From Octopus sinensis (taxonomy: Eukaryota): a DNA stretch of 64,000 nt. Positions 10,540-23,737 of this stretch are shown in pieces. The DNA lies in contig NC_043000.1 of assembly GCF_006345805.1 (NCBI RefSeq), positions 91,016,001-91,080,000 on the forward strand, given 5' to 3'. Within the stretch, counting starts at the first letter, position 1. Each line of letters opens with the position of its first letter. The translations under genes were made by a program, and so were the position numbers. Below the pieces are notes generated by a model. The model was not told where the DNA came from and searched no databases. It saw nothing but the letters and a program-made list of their open reading frames with translations.

Positions 10540-11170
10540 ACAATGATCAGATTCGTAAATAACCAATACCGTAAAACCATACATATCCATTTTTTCTTTT
10601 CTCCAAACTGTATTTCACACGTACGGACTTGCACCCACTTCTACCACACCCTTCACGTTTCTATTGCTTCCCCTTTTATTTCAAGCTTGCACATACTACC
10701 AACTCCTCGCTTAAATTCTTTCCTTGCAGAAAATAAAATTGTACATGCACACCAATAACCAGCATCCACACAATCCCGCCCACTAATCTTCCAGACTTGC
10801 ACACCTCTACAACCACCCCCTCCTAATAAAACCACATATATACATCCTCTCCCTTTATGCCATCTCAACACAGGGATACGCTCCAACAACTGCACACAGA
10901 CACTCCCATGCCCCCTACTTATACCTTTTTCCTTTTTAGATTCCCTTATAGAACTACATTCCCAACTGCTCCCTAACCTCTTACTGGGTTTTTTCCGCCA
11001 AATTCTTTTCTTCTTTTAATCTCCTCTTACACATTTCTTTCAGTGAAGGAACTGTGTCCGAAACGTAAAATCTACTTTCCTCCTTCCTTTTAAGCGCTAC
11101 GTTAGTTCAATATTTGTTAAAATTTCTTTCTCTTGTGCTGTCTTCTTACATTTTGTATTCACTGCCTTCA
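10540..11170 (+). mobile_element. Possible degenerate Penelope-like 3' end (GIY-YIG C-terminus plus pseudo-LTR)
   Basis: ORF 10465..10758 ends HFFFSPNCISHVRTC...FISSLHILPTPRLNSF, reminiscent of PLE HFNS..H...FI..L.TL.P.GLN; hammerhead-like motif at 11037-11072. Confidence 0.45.
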
Positions 11171-11172
11171 TT

Positions 11173-11269
<97 letters not shown>

Positions 11270-11839
11270 GAAATAGATGGACTTTGAGAAAAGCGTAGGC
11301 GGTCAGAGCAATCAACATCAGTATTTCACAGTCACTTTATTAATCACCTTTGGAAAAATGAAAATCACACACACACACTAACTGATTCTAATCACATATA
11401 CACATATTACTCGCAGGTACTACATCCAAGGAGGGAGCTTCTACCTGGTCGCTCGATCTGGTAAAGATAGAAGTTCGATCTTGCTGCAATTACATCTTGT
11501 CATACAAAAAGACTCTTTGAATAATGAAATCCGTGATGTACTCTGCTTGAAAAACAAAGAAACACAAAGCATAGTAAGATGGGATGGTCACTGCTGGACT
11601 ACCTTTTAATCATTTCTGGTTAATCAAAACTGACCCGAGACTCAACAACAACCCCAACCACCTCACACGTATCGACGTAAACACACATACACACGCACAT
11701 ACACACACACGTACACTGCATACACGGACTCAAGACACCATCTTCACCAAACATTCCAGACTGTGTCACATTACACTTCAACAAACCTGACTAATTAGAC
11801 ATATAAAGAGCGTTTCACGTAATTATTATCGTCTCTCTA

Positions 11840-12012
11840 ATTTCCCTGACGTCCAGTAGCTAACACGGTGGCACCACCAGCACCACCATACCACCACCAG
11901 CCCCACCAGCACCACCACCACCACTGCCAACACCACCTCCACCACCATCCACAATTATCGCCACCACCACCGATACAAATTCCACTTCCACTGTCATTAT
12001 CACCGCTAATTT

Positions 12013-12049
<37 letters not shown>

Positions 12050-12072
12050 GCTGCTGCTGTTGCTGCTGCTGT

Positions 12073-12133
<61 letters not shown>

Positions 12134-12173
12134 ACTACTACTACTACTACTGCAACTACTACTTCTGTTGCTG

Positions 12174-12213
<40 letters not shown>

Positions 12214-12506
12214 AACTACTACTTCTGTTGCTGCTGCTACTACTACTACTACTACTTACTACTACTACTACTACTACTACTACTGCTTCTGCTGCTGCTG
12301 CTGCTGTTACTACTACTGCTACAACTACTATCCCCCTACCACCACCAGCATAACCATCATTAACCACTGCGTCTGATTTCACTAGCACGGCGACTGATTC
12401 CACCACCACCACCATTACCACCGCTAATTCCATCAAGTACTATTGCCATCGCCACCACTATTGTTACTACCACCACCACCACCACCACCACCACCACCAC
12501 CCCACC

Positions 12507-12551
<45 letters not shown>

Positions 12552-13030
12552 ACCACCAACACCACCTCTACCAATAACAACAACACCATTTTCATCATTA
12601 CTACTAATTCCACAACCTCCACCACCACGACCAACGCCATCGTAAGTGCCAGTAACCGCATCACCATATCGATAGCAATCTCTCCTAGTACCGACATAGT
12701 GACTACCGTCACCTCCACTTTTACTACTCAAACCGCCACCAACAGCACCATCAAGCACTTCATCACCTCCGCCATCACCACCACCGGAACTGATCACACC
12801 ACTAACGTAATCATCATTAACGCTATGATTATCATACTGAAGACAAAACCCCTTCCAACCTCCACTACCACCATCACCACCAGCACCTTTATCACTTGTG
12901 TAACCATCCCACAACAGCTACATCCCGCGGTCCCCACCGCCGCTGAAACCATCACAATCATCATCACTTTAGCAGCCACCACTGACTTATTACTTTCAAA
13001 TTCTCCAATTGAATTTGACAAAACAGAAAA
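11840..13030. repeat. Compound degenerate trinucleotide repeat, (CAC/TAC/CTG/CAA)n
   Basis: Visible; produces the poly-L/S/T/V ORFs in the track. Confidence 0.95.
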
Positions 13031-13295
13031 CAGAAAAAAAAAAAAGAAAAAGAAATTGCCTTTTTCTAGCAATCAGTGTCAGGATAATGGGGTACTGGGG
13101 TAAGGCTGATTAAGGTAGCGTTTGATGAGGCGGGGGTAAAGAGTAATGGAAATGGTTTGGGCATATTTACGCAGGAAGTGTTTCCAAATAATGACAGGAG
13201 AGTGTCGCAATTGTCTTTGGTAAGGATATACAGCATATATACTAACGTGTGTATGTTTATGCATTTATACATACATACATATAAACATACATAGA

Positions 13296-15732
13296 TACAA
13301 CGCTAACAGTAAAACATACAAAATTGATGCAGAAACCTTCGCTATAACAGTAGGCAAACTGCAGAATGAGAAGGCACCTGGAAGGGACCTAATGGTTGGA
13401 TATTGGTACAAGAAGCTGGCATTTTATAGAAACCAATTGATATGTAGGTTCAAAAGGGAGGTCAGACAGATATATGGACGGTCAGACTGATATATCACAT
13501 TGGATTGCTACAGGAAAGACAAATCTTGTTGCAAAAATGAAATCACGGAAGTGGTAAGAAACTTCAGGCCCATTGCTTACCTAAACATGTACAAATGGTA
13601 CACAAGTTGCCTCAACCAATTGCTCCAAGACCACTGTGAGCCGAACAACGTTGTGACTGACAAACAGGCTGGTGGAAAGAAGGGAGTGTGGAGATGTCTC
13701 GAACAACTTTTAATAAAAAAAGCTGTACTGTCTGAAGTAAGAAAACAACGCAGAAACCTTGTGACAGTATGGCTTGACTCTAAGAAGGCATTCGACTCTG
13801 TCCATAATTCATGGCTGTTGAAGTGTCTACATCTAGCAAAGGTACCTACTACCTTAGTTGCTGCTATAGAGAGGCTCACAGAGACGTGGCCAACTATTCT
13901 TACCCTTACAACTGGGAAAAGAATAATTATTTCTAATAGTATAGGCATTACAAAGAGAATACTTCAGAAAGACAGTCTTTATGTACTTCTTTTCATTTTG
14001 GCACTGAACCCATTATCGTTCCTACTGCAGAAAACAAATGGTTACATGCTAGGATCTTCAACTGCCAGAAATATCAATGTAACTCATAATTTCTTTGTAA
14101 ACGACCTGAAGATTTATGCTAAAAGTGTTAATAATGGCAAAAAAACAACTGGAATTAATAACATTTTCAGCTGATATAGGCATAGAATTTGGCCAAAAGA
14201 AATGTTCATATTTTGTTATAAAACGAGGAAAGTCAGTCCCCCAAACCCAAAATCTGTGTATCAACAGTCACTCTGTCTACCCCATTCCACACAAAGGATG
14301 TTACAAGTACCTAGGCATAGACGAAAATGTATCATATGAAGGCACTGTGAATAAAGATAGAGTGACCCGAGAATATTACACCAGACTTAGGAAAATATAG
14401 CAGTCGGAACTCTCCTCTTACAACAAGACAATATCTCACAATGCATTTGCAGTACCAGTGTTGATCCCAACACTTGGGATACTTGATTGGTCTGTAGAGA
14501 AAATCCACTCCGTACATATCAAAACTCGCAAAATCCTGACAGCAACTAGGAACTTCCGCCGAAACAGTGATGTTGACAGACTCTACCTAAGAAGAAATAA
14601 AGGAAGTAGAGACCTGAGATCAGTGTTGGCAGCCTTCGAATGCCGTATGGTATAACTCAGGCAGCACCTGCTAAGCAACATAATGCAGTCTTGAAAAGTG
14701 AAGTGAGCAACATTGTACGAGTTGGCAGTGAACTCCTTAAGAAACACTCTCTTCCTATACATCCCCAAAACAGTTGGGGTCTTTTACTTCAGAGAAGACC
14801 TGAATGGAAAGCACTCAGCATACAGAAAAAATAAAAAATAAAAAAAAGACCATGCATGGGTATGTTGCCCGGAAGCTTGAAGAAGACAGTAGACTTGACA
14901 CGAAGCGCAGCCTCTCTTGGACACAAGACCACTTCATCACATCACACTTTGAAGGCTATGTGGTTTGCAATCCATAAACTGAAGATTGCCACAAAGTACC
15001 TGGTGAACAAGAGAGACAGTAGCGATCTTATAATCCCAAGGTGTAACCGCATGTGTAGGCTATGTCATGTTCTGTGGAAGACATTACACATGTGATTAGC
15101 AGCTGGTCTGAAATGTTATCACGGTACTACTTCCTTACGCGGCACGATGTTGTTGCTAAAACAATTTACAATGCTATCAGCATAAAAAACTGTCCTGAAA
15201 TAAACTTAGAAAATCCCTCTGTCACGGAATACGTTCATAAACAACAGCTCAAGGAATACTGGTGGAATATTCCCATCAAAACGTCTGTCAAATGTAAGCA
15301 AAACAGGCCGGATATTGTTGTTTGGAACTGAGGGGCAAAGGTATGTACCATCATAGAGGTTAGCTGCCTGTAGATATAAATATCTATTCGAAAATCAAAG
15401 AAAAAGAGGATATCTATGGACAACTGTTTCGAAACCTCCAGCTTCTATATCCAGACTATGAATTCATATTCATACCAATAATAATTGGCTTTGTTAGTAA
15501 ATGTTTAAAGGAGAATCCGGATAAACTGTGATTTTGAGAAAGAGAAATTGACCGGCTAATTCATACATTACAAATGCAATCTGTGAGTGGAAGAGTAAAA
15601 ATATGTAAGACTTTTGACAAGTTCCAAATGTGAATTTGTGTTAACTACATCCCAAAGATGGAGCATTGTATCTTTGTTGGAAACGGCTCTCTCCTCAGTG
15701 GAACGTTTATGATAATTAAAAGATTGAAGAGA
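13296..15732 (+). mobile_element. R4/Dong-clade non-LTR retrotransposon (RT plus restriction-like endonuclease), 5' truncated and frameshifted
   Basis: KAPGRDLMVGYWYKKL; FRPIAYLN; QAGGKKGVWRCLEQLL; WLDSKKAFDSV; FFVNDLKIYA; YKYLGI; CRLCH...EDITHVISS; RHDVV; NRPDIVVWN; IIEVSC; C-terminal KICKTFDKFQM* near 15633. Confidence 0.93.
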
Positions 15733-18487
15733 CATACATCCATACATACACATGTGTGTGTGTAAGTTGCATTTAGAATTAAAGTTTAGATTGTAGACTT
15801 TAAAGTGTAGTATCCAAACCCTGCTATGGTAATTTCCCTTATAGTGTGCCTTCAGAGCATGTTCACCGCTTGAGGTTACTAGGCGTCATCTAGGGTAGAG
15901 CGCTTTCGTTGCTGGATGTGTGTAAGGAAAACCTCGGTGCACGTTGAGTGTGTTCTACATGATTAATACGGAGGACAGAGCGTACCGGAAGCTTTATTTA
16001 GAACAACAATCGTTTCAGCTTACTTCTGTGAGGAGACGATGTAATGGAATCAAATGCACTGCATAATGCAGAAGAAACCTCCCAAGCCCACATAAAACAG
16101 TTCAGTGTTATATGATGTACATTTCGCTGATATGTGTGCCAAGATGATGTTGGTATCATTAAATAGCTTGTGGTATTTATAATTGTATATGAAAATAGGG
16201 ATAAAATGTTTACGCTATGTTCATATAGACGCGATTAAAAGGTGGATTGAACCAAATTAATGTCTTTAAAAAAAAACTTTTTTGTGAACGTATGTGTGTG
16301 TGTATGAGTGTGCGCACGCACATGTGAGTGCGAGTGTGACAAACTCCTTTATGTACTGGAATTTCTCATCGATGCAAATCTTCATTAATTGAGTGCAACC
16401 ACCTTCAAGGAGGTGGCGTGGAGGAATCGTACTGTAACTTTTCATGTAAACATTTTTCACAGACAGACTAATAAAGTAATAAAGTACACCTGTGTTGAAG
16501 AGGGACCAACTGGAATTTTTTCTACTAGCTTCGTTAAAGCGAAATTGCTTGATCATCGTCTCTGTACTGCGCATCCAAATAGCGGAGATGTAACTCGAAG
16601 GTGCTCAGGGTAGATATTATAACGAAATCCACGAATTCTTGAGCACGATAGCACCGCATAGGAAACTCGAAGAAACGAATCACTATCTTTCGTTAACGAG
16701 TAGAAATAGATCTGATATAACTAATACCAAAGGTTTCATTGATATTCTAATCTCAGGGGCGTTAATCTTAGGGAATCGCCTCTGGCACTTTTAGGAAGAA
16801 AAACTTAGATATGCATATATATTATATATATATATATGTGTGTGTGTGTGTATATATATATATGTATGTATATATATACATATATATGCATATGTATATA
16901 CATATGTATATATATATATACATATATAGACGTGTATATATGCATGTGTATATGAATTTATTCGTGTGTGTGTGAGTATATATATATATATAATATATAC
17001 ATATGTATGTATGTGTATATATAACATATTCAGAATGTAGAGAGGCTAATTAATAACGTCTACGTCCATGCCGTTGGCCAGTGTACTTGTTGGAACACAA
17101 GAGACGTGAAGTCTGATAGTGTAACTTTGCTCACAGCGACGCGCTCACAGACATCTCTAGCTTTTAAATATTATCATTCTTAAGCTACAGCATTATTCAT
17201 GAAATCAAATTTATACAAGGACTGTTTAAACACATATTTCAATATGTTTGAACTAACCTTCTTCTTCGTAGACGATCAGCTTATGCTTAAATTTTCATTT
17301 ATTGTACAGTATTGTACTACTTGACTAATTAACTTAATAATTAATTAATAAATTGATAAATTGTTTGATTTATAGATTATAAAATATGGAATAGAATATT
17401 TATTTGTAATGAATTATTCTTGCTTTGGTATATTGTCTCCACTCTGTAATAATAAAATAAGATACATACAGTGAAATTTCAACTTGGATAACGCTAAATT
17501 TCGTGTCAAAAGGTTAATGAAGAAGCATGATGAAGAAACGAGGTTGTTGCTTGACCTACTAGAAATAGCAGCTAAGTCTATCTCCAATTATACTGTAACG
17601 TACGTCTTAAAAAGGAGAGATACAATATACATACCCCGAACAAAAGAACAGGATGGTCAAGGCTGGAACTTAATTCATCATAGTTCGTTTTACTTCAGTA
17701 ACGATTTGAGGGTAATACATTGAGTCAGTGAGAGACGTTCTACACAATAGTTGACCTCTGAAAATAGCAGTCAAATCTTAACAATCTACACTATTATTTT
17801 GTAAATACGACATCATTCAATATCTTTGATCACTGGTCTGATTAACTAGAGTAAGCCTAGAGCTAAAGTCTGCAAGAACAACAAAACAATAACAACGACT
17901 GAGGGAATACCTCACGAGTGGTACAAATTGATCCGGGCAGACACAGAGTCAAGCAACAAAATTAGCAGCGATAATATTGTCGATACTGTTGTTCGAGACT
18001 CATTCTGTTCAATATTATAGGATACAACAGAAGAACCTCCCATATCTTACAATGTCGTTGGTGTGACGCTAGTGAGGTTAGGCGTGTTATGCCACTGTAT
18101 AACAACATTTATTATTTTTTTTTTTTGCCTTTGGTTAGTAGGTGTTACTTCTTATTTGCTTTTATCTCGAAATAAAAGGAAGTCACTACTATTCACTTCA
18201 AAACTTTCTTTTGTGACCTGGACATCAATGTTTGAAACTGACCTATTTTCCATTACATTTCAAACTGATCCAACGCTGGGTTGCTGAAGCAGAAATATCG
18301 TTATACAAACATATGCATCACTGATCACGAGCAGGATTATTAGGAGAGCATCATTGTCATGTGGTGAGAGGGTTTCTTTGGGGTTAGAATAAATTTAACA
18401 AAAGCGAAGTTTGAAGGAAATATCCATTTTTCATACTTTCTATGCATAAACAAGTAGGAAATAATATTTGTTACCAAAGTGCAGGTG

Positions 18488-18642
18488 TAGTTGTGTGGTA
18501 AGTAGCTTGCTTTCCAACAACACGGTTCCGGGTTCAGTTCCACTGCGTGGCACCTTGGGCAAGTGTCTTCTACTATAGCCTCGGGCCGACCAAGGTCTTG
18601 TGAGTGGATTTGGTGGACGGAAACAGAAAGAAGTCCATCGTA

Positions 18643-18711
<69 letters not shown>

Positions 18712-18930
18712 ATATGTTGTGTGTCTGTGTTTGTTCCCCAACATCGCTTGACAACCGATGCTGGTGTGTTTATGTCCCCCGTAACTTAGCGGTTCGGCAA
18801 AAGAGACCGATAGAATAAGTACTAGGCTTACAAAGAATAAGTCCTGGGGTCGATTTGCTCGACTAAAGGCGGTGCTCCAGCATGGCCGCAGTCAAATGAC
18901 AGAAACAAGTAAAAGAGAGTAAAGAGTAAA
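18488..18930 (+). mobile_element. SINE family B, near full length, with internal (TA)n/(TG)n
   Basis: tRNA-like head TGTGGTAAGTAGCTTGC...GGGTTCAGTTCC, CORE-like body, (AAAGAGT)n tail. Confidence 0.92.
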
Positions 18931-19144
18931 GGACAAAGATCGTGTTACACAGTGTAATGGTTTGTTCATATAGGTTATACTGGGCTGTTGATTCTGTTCC
19001 CAATTACGATAATGGACCTTGGACTAGTGTGCTCCGCACTTTCACTATTGCAACGTTTATCAAGAATTGTGAATCAGGAGATTTTCTGTTTTGTCGTACC
19101 CAATAAAAGATCGATATTCACGATTAGAAGGTCATATATTGATT

Positions 19145-19285
19145 TCAAATTCTGGCACAAGGCCAGCAAGGTCGGGGGATAGAGTAAGTCGATTACGGAT
19201 GAAAGGCTAAGTCGATATCGCCAGAATTTGAAATCGGAACATAAAGACGGACGAAATGCTGCTAAGCATTTTGTCCGTCCTGTTA
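19145..19285 (-). mobile_element. SINE family A
   Basis: Reverse complement of CTGGCAGAATCGTTAACAGGACGGACAAAATGCTTAGC; tail GGCCTTGTGCCAGAATTTG. Confidence 0.8.
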
Positions 19286-20335
19286 ACGATTCTGCCAGCT
19301 TCCTGCCTTTAGAAAGCCTTAAATTAGAGAACCAATTGATGATAGCTGAAATGGAGACACACCAATAGCATGTAGTCTTTCGATAATGCAATCGTAGTTA
19401 TTCTATGTTTTATTATCTTCCCATCCCTTCCCCCGATAAAACAAGGTCGTCAATGTTGGACCGTCTTTGAACCGCGATTGCCTATTCTCGATGAGACGAT
19501 CTGAGCCAGTTTTAAGGAAATACAAAAGTAACAATGCAATCGGTTTTATACGTCTATTGAACGTAAAGGAACTCTAAGACAGGACGGCTCAGATATAATA
19601 GTGTTTTGCTGTGGAAGGACTGAAGTTTTTGTATGAAACTTCGTGTCGAAGGATAGAATGTAAGAGCTTCAGCAAGGATTATATTTTGTAGAATAAATCA
19701 TGATGCTAAACATAGACTAATTGAAAGTGTCAAAATAGAATTTGGAAAGATCTGGAAATAGTTGAGAGTTTTCGATTCCGTTGCTGAAACAATTCTGTGG
19801 CCCTGGCCAAAATACTAAATTCTTTCAGTCTCAGCCATCTAGTTAAAATGAGGTGCCAAGAGAAGAACGAATTGTTGATGTAATTTTAATTAATTAAGTC
19901 TTTAATTAATTAAGTGTAAATTAGTTTTCAATATTCAGTCTGAATTTATCAGGACTAATTATGCTTATTTGCACTTTAAGAATAGTATAATCAAACATAA
20001 TATATGCATATAAATATTTAGCTAAGACCATGCTTTGGGAATATCTTTGTTTCAGGTATTTGGTAGCCACTTAAAAGCGTCGTTTTGTTCACAATGAACA
20101 TGAAGGTAGAGACAATAATAATAATACCTATAATAGTATAAATGACGTTAAAAGGAATAAGGATGATACAAACAGAAGTGCTGATAATGAGGATGAAGAC
20201 GATATCAATGATAAGAAAAAAGCTCATGGCTGATTGGTAAAATTTATATTTGGAAGTAACTTTTCGTAACGCATTTGCAGAAGATTATCACACACACACG
20301 CACGCGCGCATAAATATATATATATAGATAGATAG

Positions 20336-20370
<35 letters not shown>

Positions 20371-20604
20371 CATACACATATACTCATACATACATTCACA
20401 CACAAACACACACTCAACCACACACTTATATATACTTATATACACACACATATATACATATATATATATATATATGTATATAGATATGTATCTATATATG
20501 TGTGTGCATATAAATATAGATGTGTGTGTGTGAGTGTATGTTTGTGTGTGAATGTATGTATGAGTTCATGTGTCGGAATGGTTTCTTTTATTCTTTTGTT
20601 CTTT

Positions 20605-20853
20605 TACTTGTTTCAATGAAATGACTGCGGCCATGCTGGAGCACCGCCTCGAAGAACTTTATTGGTCGAATGTATGGATTCCACTACTTATTTATTCAGT
20701 CTAGTATTTATTTTATCGGTCTCTTTTGCCGAAAGGTGAAGTTACGGGGATGATGACACAACAACACCGGTTGTGCCATGATGGGGGTTTAGGGGACAAC
20801 ACTGACACAAAATCTCTCTCTCTCTCTCTCTTTCACACACACACTCAGCCCCC

Positions 20854-20918
<65 letters not shown>

Positions 20919-21075
20919 CGACAGGTTTATTTGAGTTTTCCTCTACCAAATTCACTCGCAATGCTTTGGTCGGCCAGAGGATATAGCGTAAACACTTGCC
21001 CCCAGATACCACACAGTGGAACTGAAATCGGAACCATGTGGTTGTGAAGCAAGTTTCCTACCCAGAGTGGCTTGC
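20605..21075 (-). mobile_element. SINE family B with internal microsatellite
   Basis: Reverse complement of the family B head and tail (TGACTGCGGCCATGCTGGAGCACCGCC on +). Confidence 0.85.
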
Positions 21076-21191
21076 ACCAATGACCCGAGTGTTTTATGAA
21101 CTCACTGTCGTTGTAAAAGGGATTTGTTCGCTTGTGACGTACGCCACAATAAATAGACTGGCATATTTTGCGTTCATATCTGCCGGAATGT

Positions 21192-21495
21192 GGAGGCACA
21201 TGGCCTAGTGGTTAGAGCAGCGGACTCGTGGTCGAGGGATCGCGGGTTCGAATCTCAGACCCGGCGATGTCTGTGTTTATGAGCGAAACACCTAAGCTTC
21301 ACGCGGATCCGGCAGAAGGTAATGGCGAACTTCTGCTGAATCTTTCGCCACAACTTTCTCTCACTCTTTTTCTCCTGCATCTTGCAGCTCACCTGCGACG
21401 GACCGGCGTTTCGTCTTGGTGGGGAACCTATACGCCAAGGAAACGGAAAACCAGCCCTTATGAGCCAGGCATGGCTCGAGAAGGAACAAACAACC
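21192..21495 (+). mobile_element. SINE family C
   Basis: GGAGGCACATGGCCTAGTGGTTAGAGCAGCGGACTCGTGGTCGAGGGATCGCGGGTTCGAATCTC, with A and B boxes. Confidence 0.9.
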
Positions 21496-21529
21496 TGCCG
21501 GAATGTTTTGGTTTGAGTTTCTTGCCACA

Positions 21530-21665
21530 AGGTCAGCATTTTCTGGGAAGGGAGAGGATGAAAGGTAAAGTCGACGTCGACGGAATTTGACCTCTGAACG
21601 TGAACAGACAAAACATGGCTAAGCATTTTGCCTTGCGCACCAAAGATTCTGTTAGTTCGCCACCT
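21530..21665 (-). mobile_element. SINE family A, degenerate
   Basis: GGATGAAAGGTAAAGTCGACGTCGACGGAATTTGA..CTAAGCATTTTGCC. Confidence 0.75.
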
Positions 21666-22839
21666 CAATCTGCCGGAATATATTAAATATGTAAATCATC
21701 ATTATCATTATTTATATATGCATGCGTGCGTGAGTGTGTGTGAATTTGCGTGCAGGTATGAATGTATGTACATATATATGTATGTGTGTGAGTATATGTG
21801 TGCGCATGTATGTATGTGTGTAAGTGTGTGTGTGCAGGCATCTATGTATGTACATGTATGTGTGTGTGAATGTGTGTGCACATGCATGCATGTATGCTTG
21901 TATATATGTGCGTGTATGTGTGTACGTGTGTGCGTGTGTGCATGCATGTGTGTGCGCTGTGTGCAGGAATATATATATGTACATAAATATATGTGTGTGT
22001 GTGTGTGTGAATATATATACGCGCATGTATGTATGAGTGCGTGCGTGTGTGTGTGCGTGTGAGTGTGTGTGTGTAGCGTCATTTTTCAGTAATTATCGAT
22101 CTTTGTCCCTCACGTCACTCAGTTCACAGTTGGCAAAATCTATTCAGTATAAGAAATATTCAACTTTATGCATTGAAGGCGAAATATCTATTGATGGGTA
22201 AAAACATGGACTGAATTTGTTTAGAGTTTGTTAAAGCCTTATACAAATTTGACTAAGTACTTCCATATTACAAAATAATTGGACGTAGAATTTCAGAACG
22301 TTTGGATCTTTGACGAAAAAGATTTTACAAAGAAATCTGTATTGATCCGTAGGTTTCCAATAGGTGCAGTTTTCAAATCACTTCCTTCTATAATAATAAT
22401 AATCAGTCAGGCCAGGAAATTGTATCCAGAATGTACCCTACCTACGACACTTTAACTCGTTCACACTAGTAAGTTAAATCCTGGATATTTTCTTATATAT
22501 GTAAGAAATAATGTCCACCTGACAGAAAACATTAGTTCTGAGCCTTATAGATTGATTACAGTTTAAATCTTTGTATTCGGAGGATTTCTGAATAGTTATC
22601 ATATAAAATTTTCACCAAGCGAATAACGTCTGTCGAACATTTGAATTACGGTAACTCTTGAAGATCCATTCTCACAAATAGGCAAGGGAAAAACAGAGAG
22701 AGAGAGAGAAGGGAGGAGAGAGATGTATGTGTGTTTAAGATAGTCGTGGTCATCATCGTCATCATGCATCCCAGATTTTTTACAGAGCGTTGATAACACT
22801 ACACCGAAATTCTTCTCATTTAAAGGGAAAGTTCTCCCA

Positions 22840-23095
22840 GCGGATGAAGCCATTGCATTACTTCGTTCTGACTTTCTGATAATGTTATCCGGGCAAGGCT
22901 ATTAGGGACGTCTGCCATTGCCTTCTCCAACCGGATGGCCGTTGGCCAACAAGGAGTTTATTCGTTCTTCGAGAGTTATTGTTTGGCTGCCCAAGCTACT
23001 CAAGTGGGGGAGCTGGCTAATCGCTGACCACCCGATCATAGGAACCACGCCGTGTTACATAGTTACATAGTAACAGTAACAGGTCCCAACATGAG
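22840..23095 (-). mobile_element. Possible RTE-clade LINE 5' UTR fragment
   Basis: The minus strand carries GGAGAAGGCAATGGCA (22906-22928), recalled as an RTE/BovB-type 5' motif, and GGTTCCTATGATCGG..TAGCCAG..GAGTAGCTTG..ATAACTCTCGAAG. Confidence 0.5.
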
Positions 23096-23737
23096 ATCCC
23101 TGAACTGAATAGGGTTTGTGATAGAGTGGGATTGATAATCTATATGTGGAAGATACTGGAGAGTAGTACCTAAATTTTTTATACACTATTGAGTAAATAA
23201 AACGTCAGTATATAGCATTTAAGATTTTTAGAGAAACTTGATTGCTTATCCCTTTACCTGAAGTATTCAGGATTATTATAGTGGCCCCTGTTGAAATGTT
23301 AAACATAAGTTTCTTTCCATCATTCTTGACTAACCATCTTCTGCCAGCCATAATCAGAGTTAATCAAGTTACATTAGGAACAACTACAAACATAGGCAGA
23401 AAGATGTATTGTAAGAACTTCAATACATACATATATATATACATTTTTAATTCACCTGAAGGAAAACGGATGTTTTGCATGATATAATCGAATTATTCAT
23501 CAATAAACAACGCCTAAGAAACAGCTGTAGTGAGTGTTTAACCCGTTTGTGTTATTATATATATGTATATGTTAAATTTGTTTCCGGGAAATGTTTAGAA
23601 TATGTAAATAAAACTCCTATACCATTACGTCGGGCACCGTCTAATGATGCTGACTAGTAACTCAGTTTTTCAGGGTTGTATCAAGTTGTACCGATATAAT
23701 GTAGGATAAATATAATAATAGTAACAATAATGCTAAT

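Noticed and set aside
11837-13103. Long overlapping ORFs (199, 161, 184, 134 aa)
   Set aside because: Entirely within the compound trinucleotide array.
17484-17723. 79 aa ORF MDNAKFRVKRLMKKHDEETRLLLDLLEIAAK, protein-like in composition
   Set aside because: No recognised homology and weak splice signals; BLASTX or RNA-seq would be needed.
23258-23383. Candidate minus-strand exon (TTTGTAG acceptor, CAG/GTAAAG donor; MAGRRWLVKNDGKKLMFNISTGATIIILNTS)
   Set aside because: Splice signals only; no homology and no compatible neighbouring exon found.
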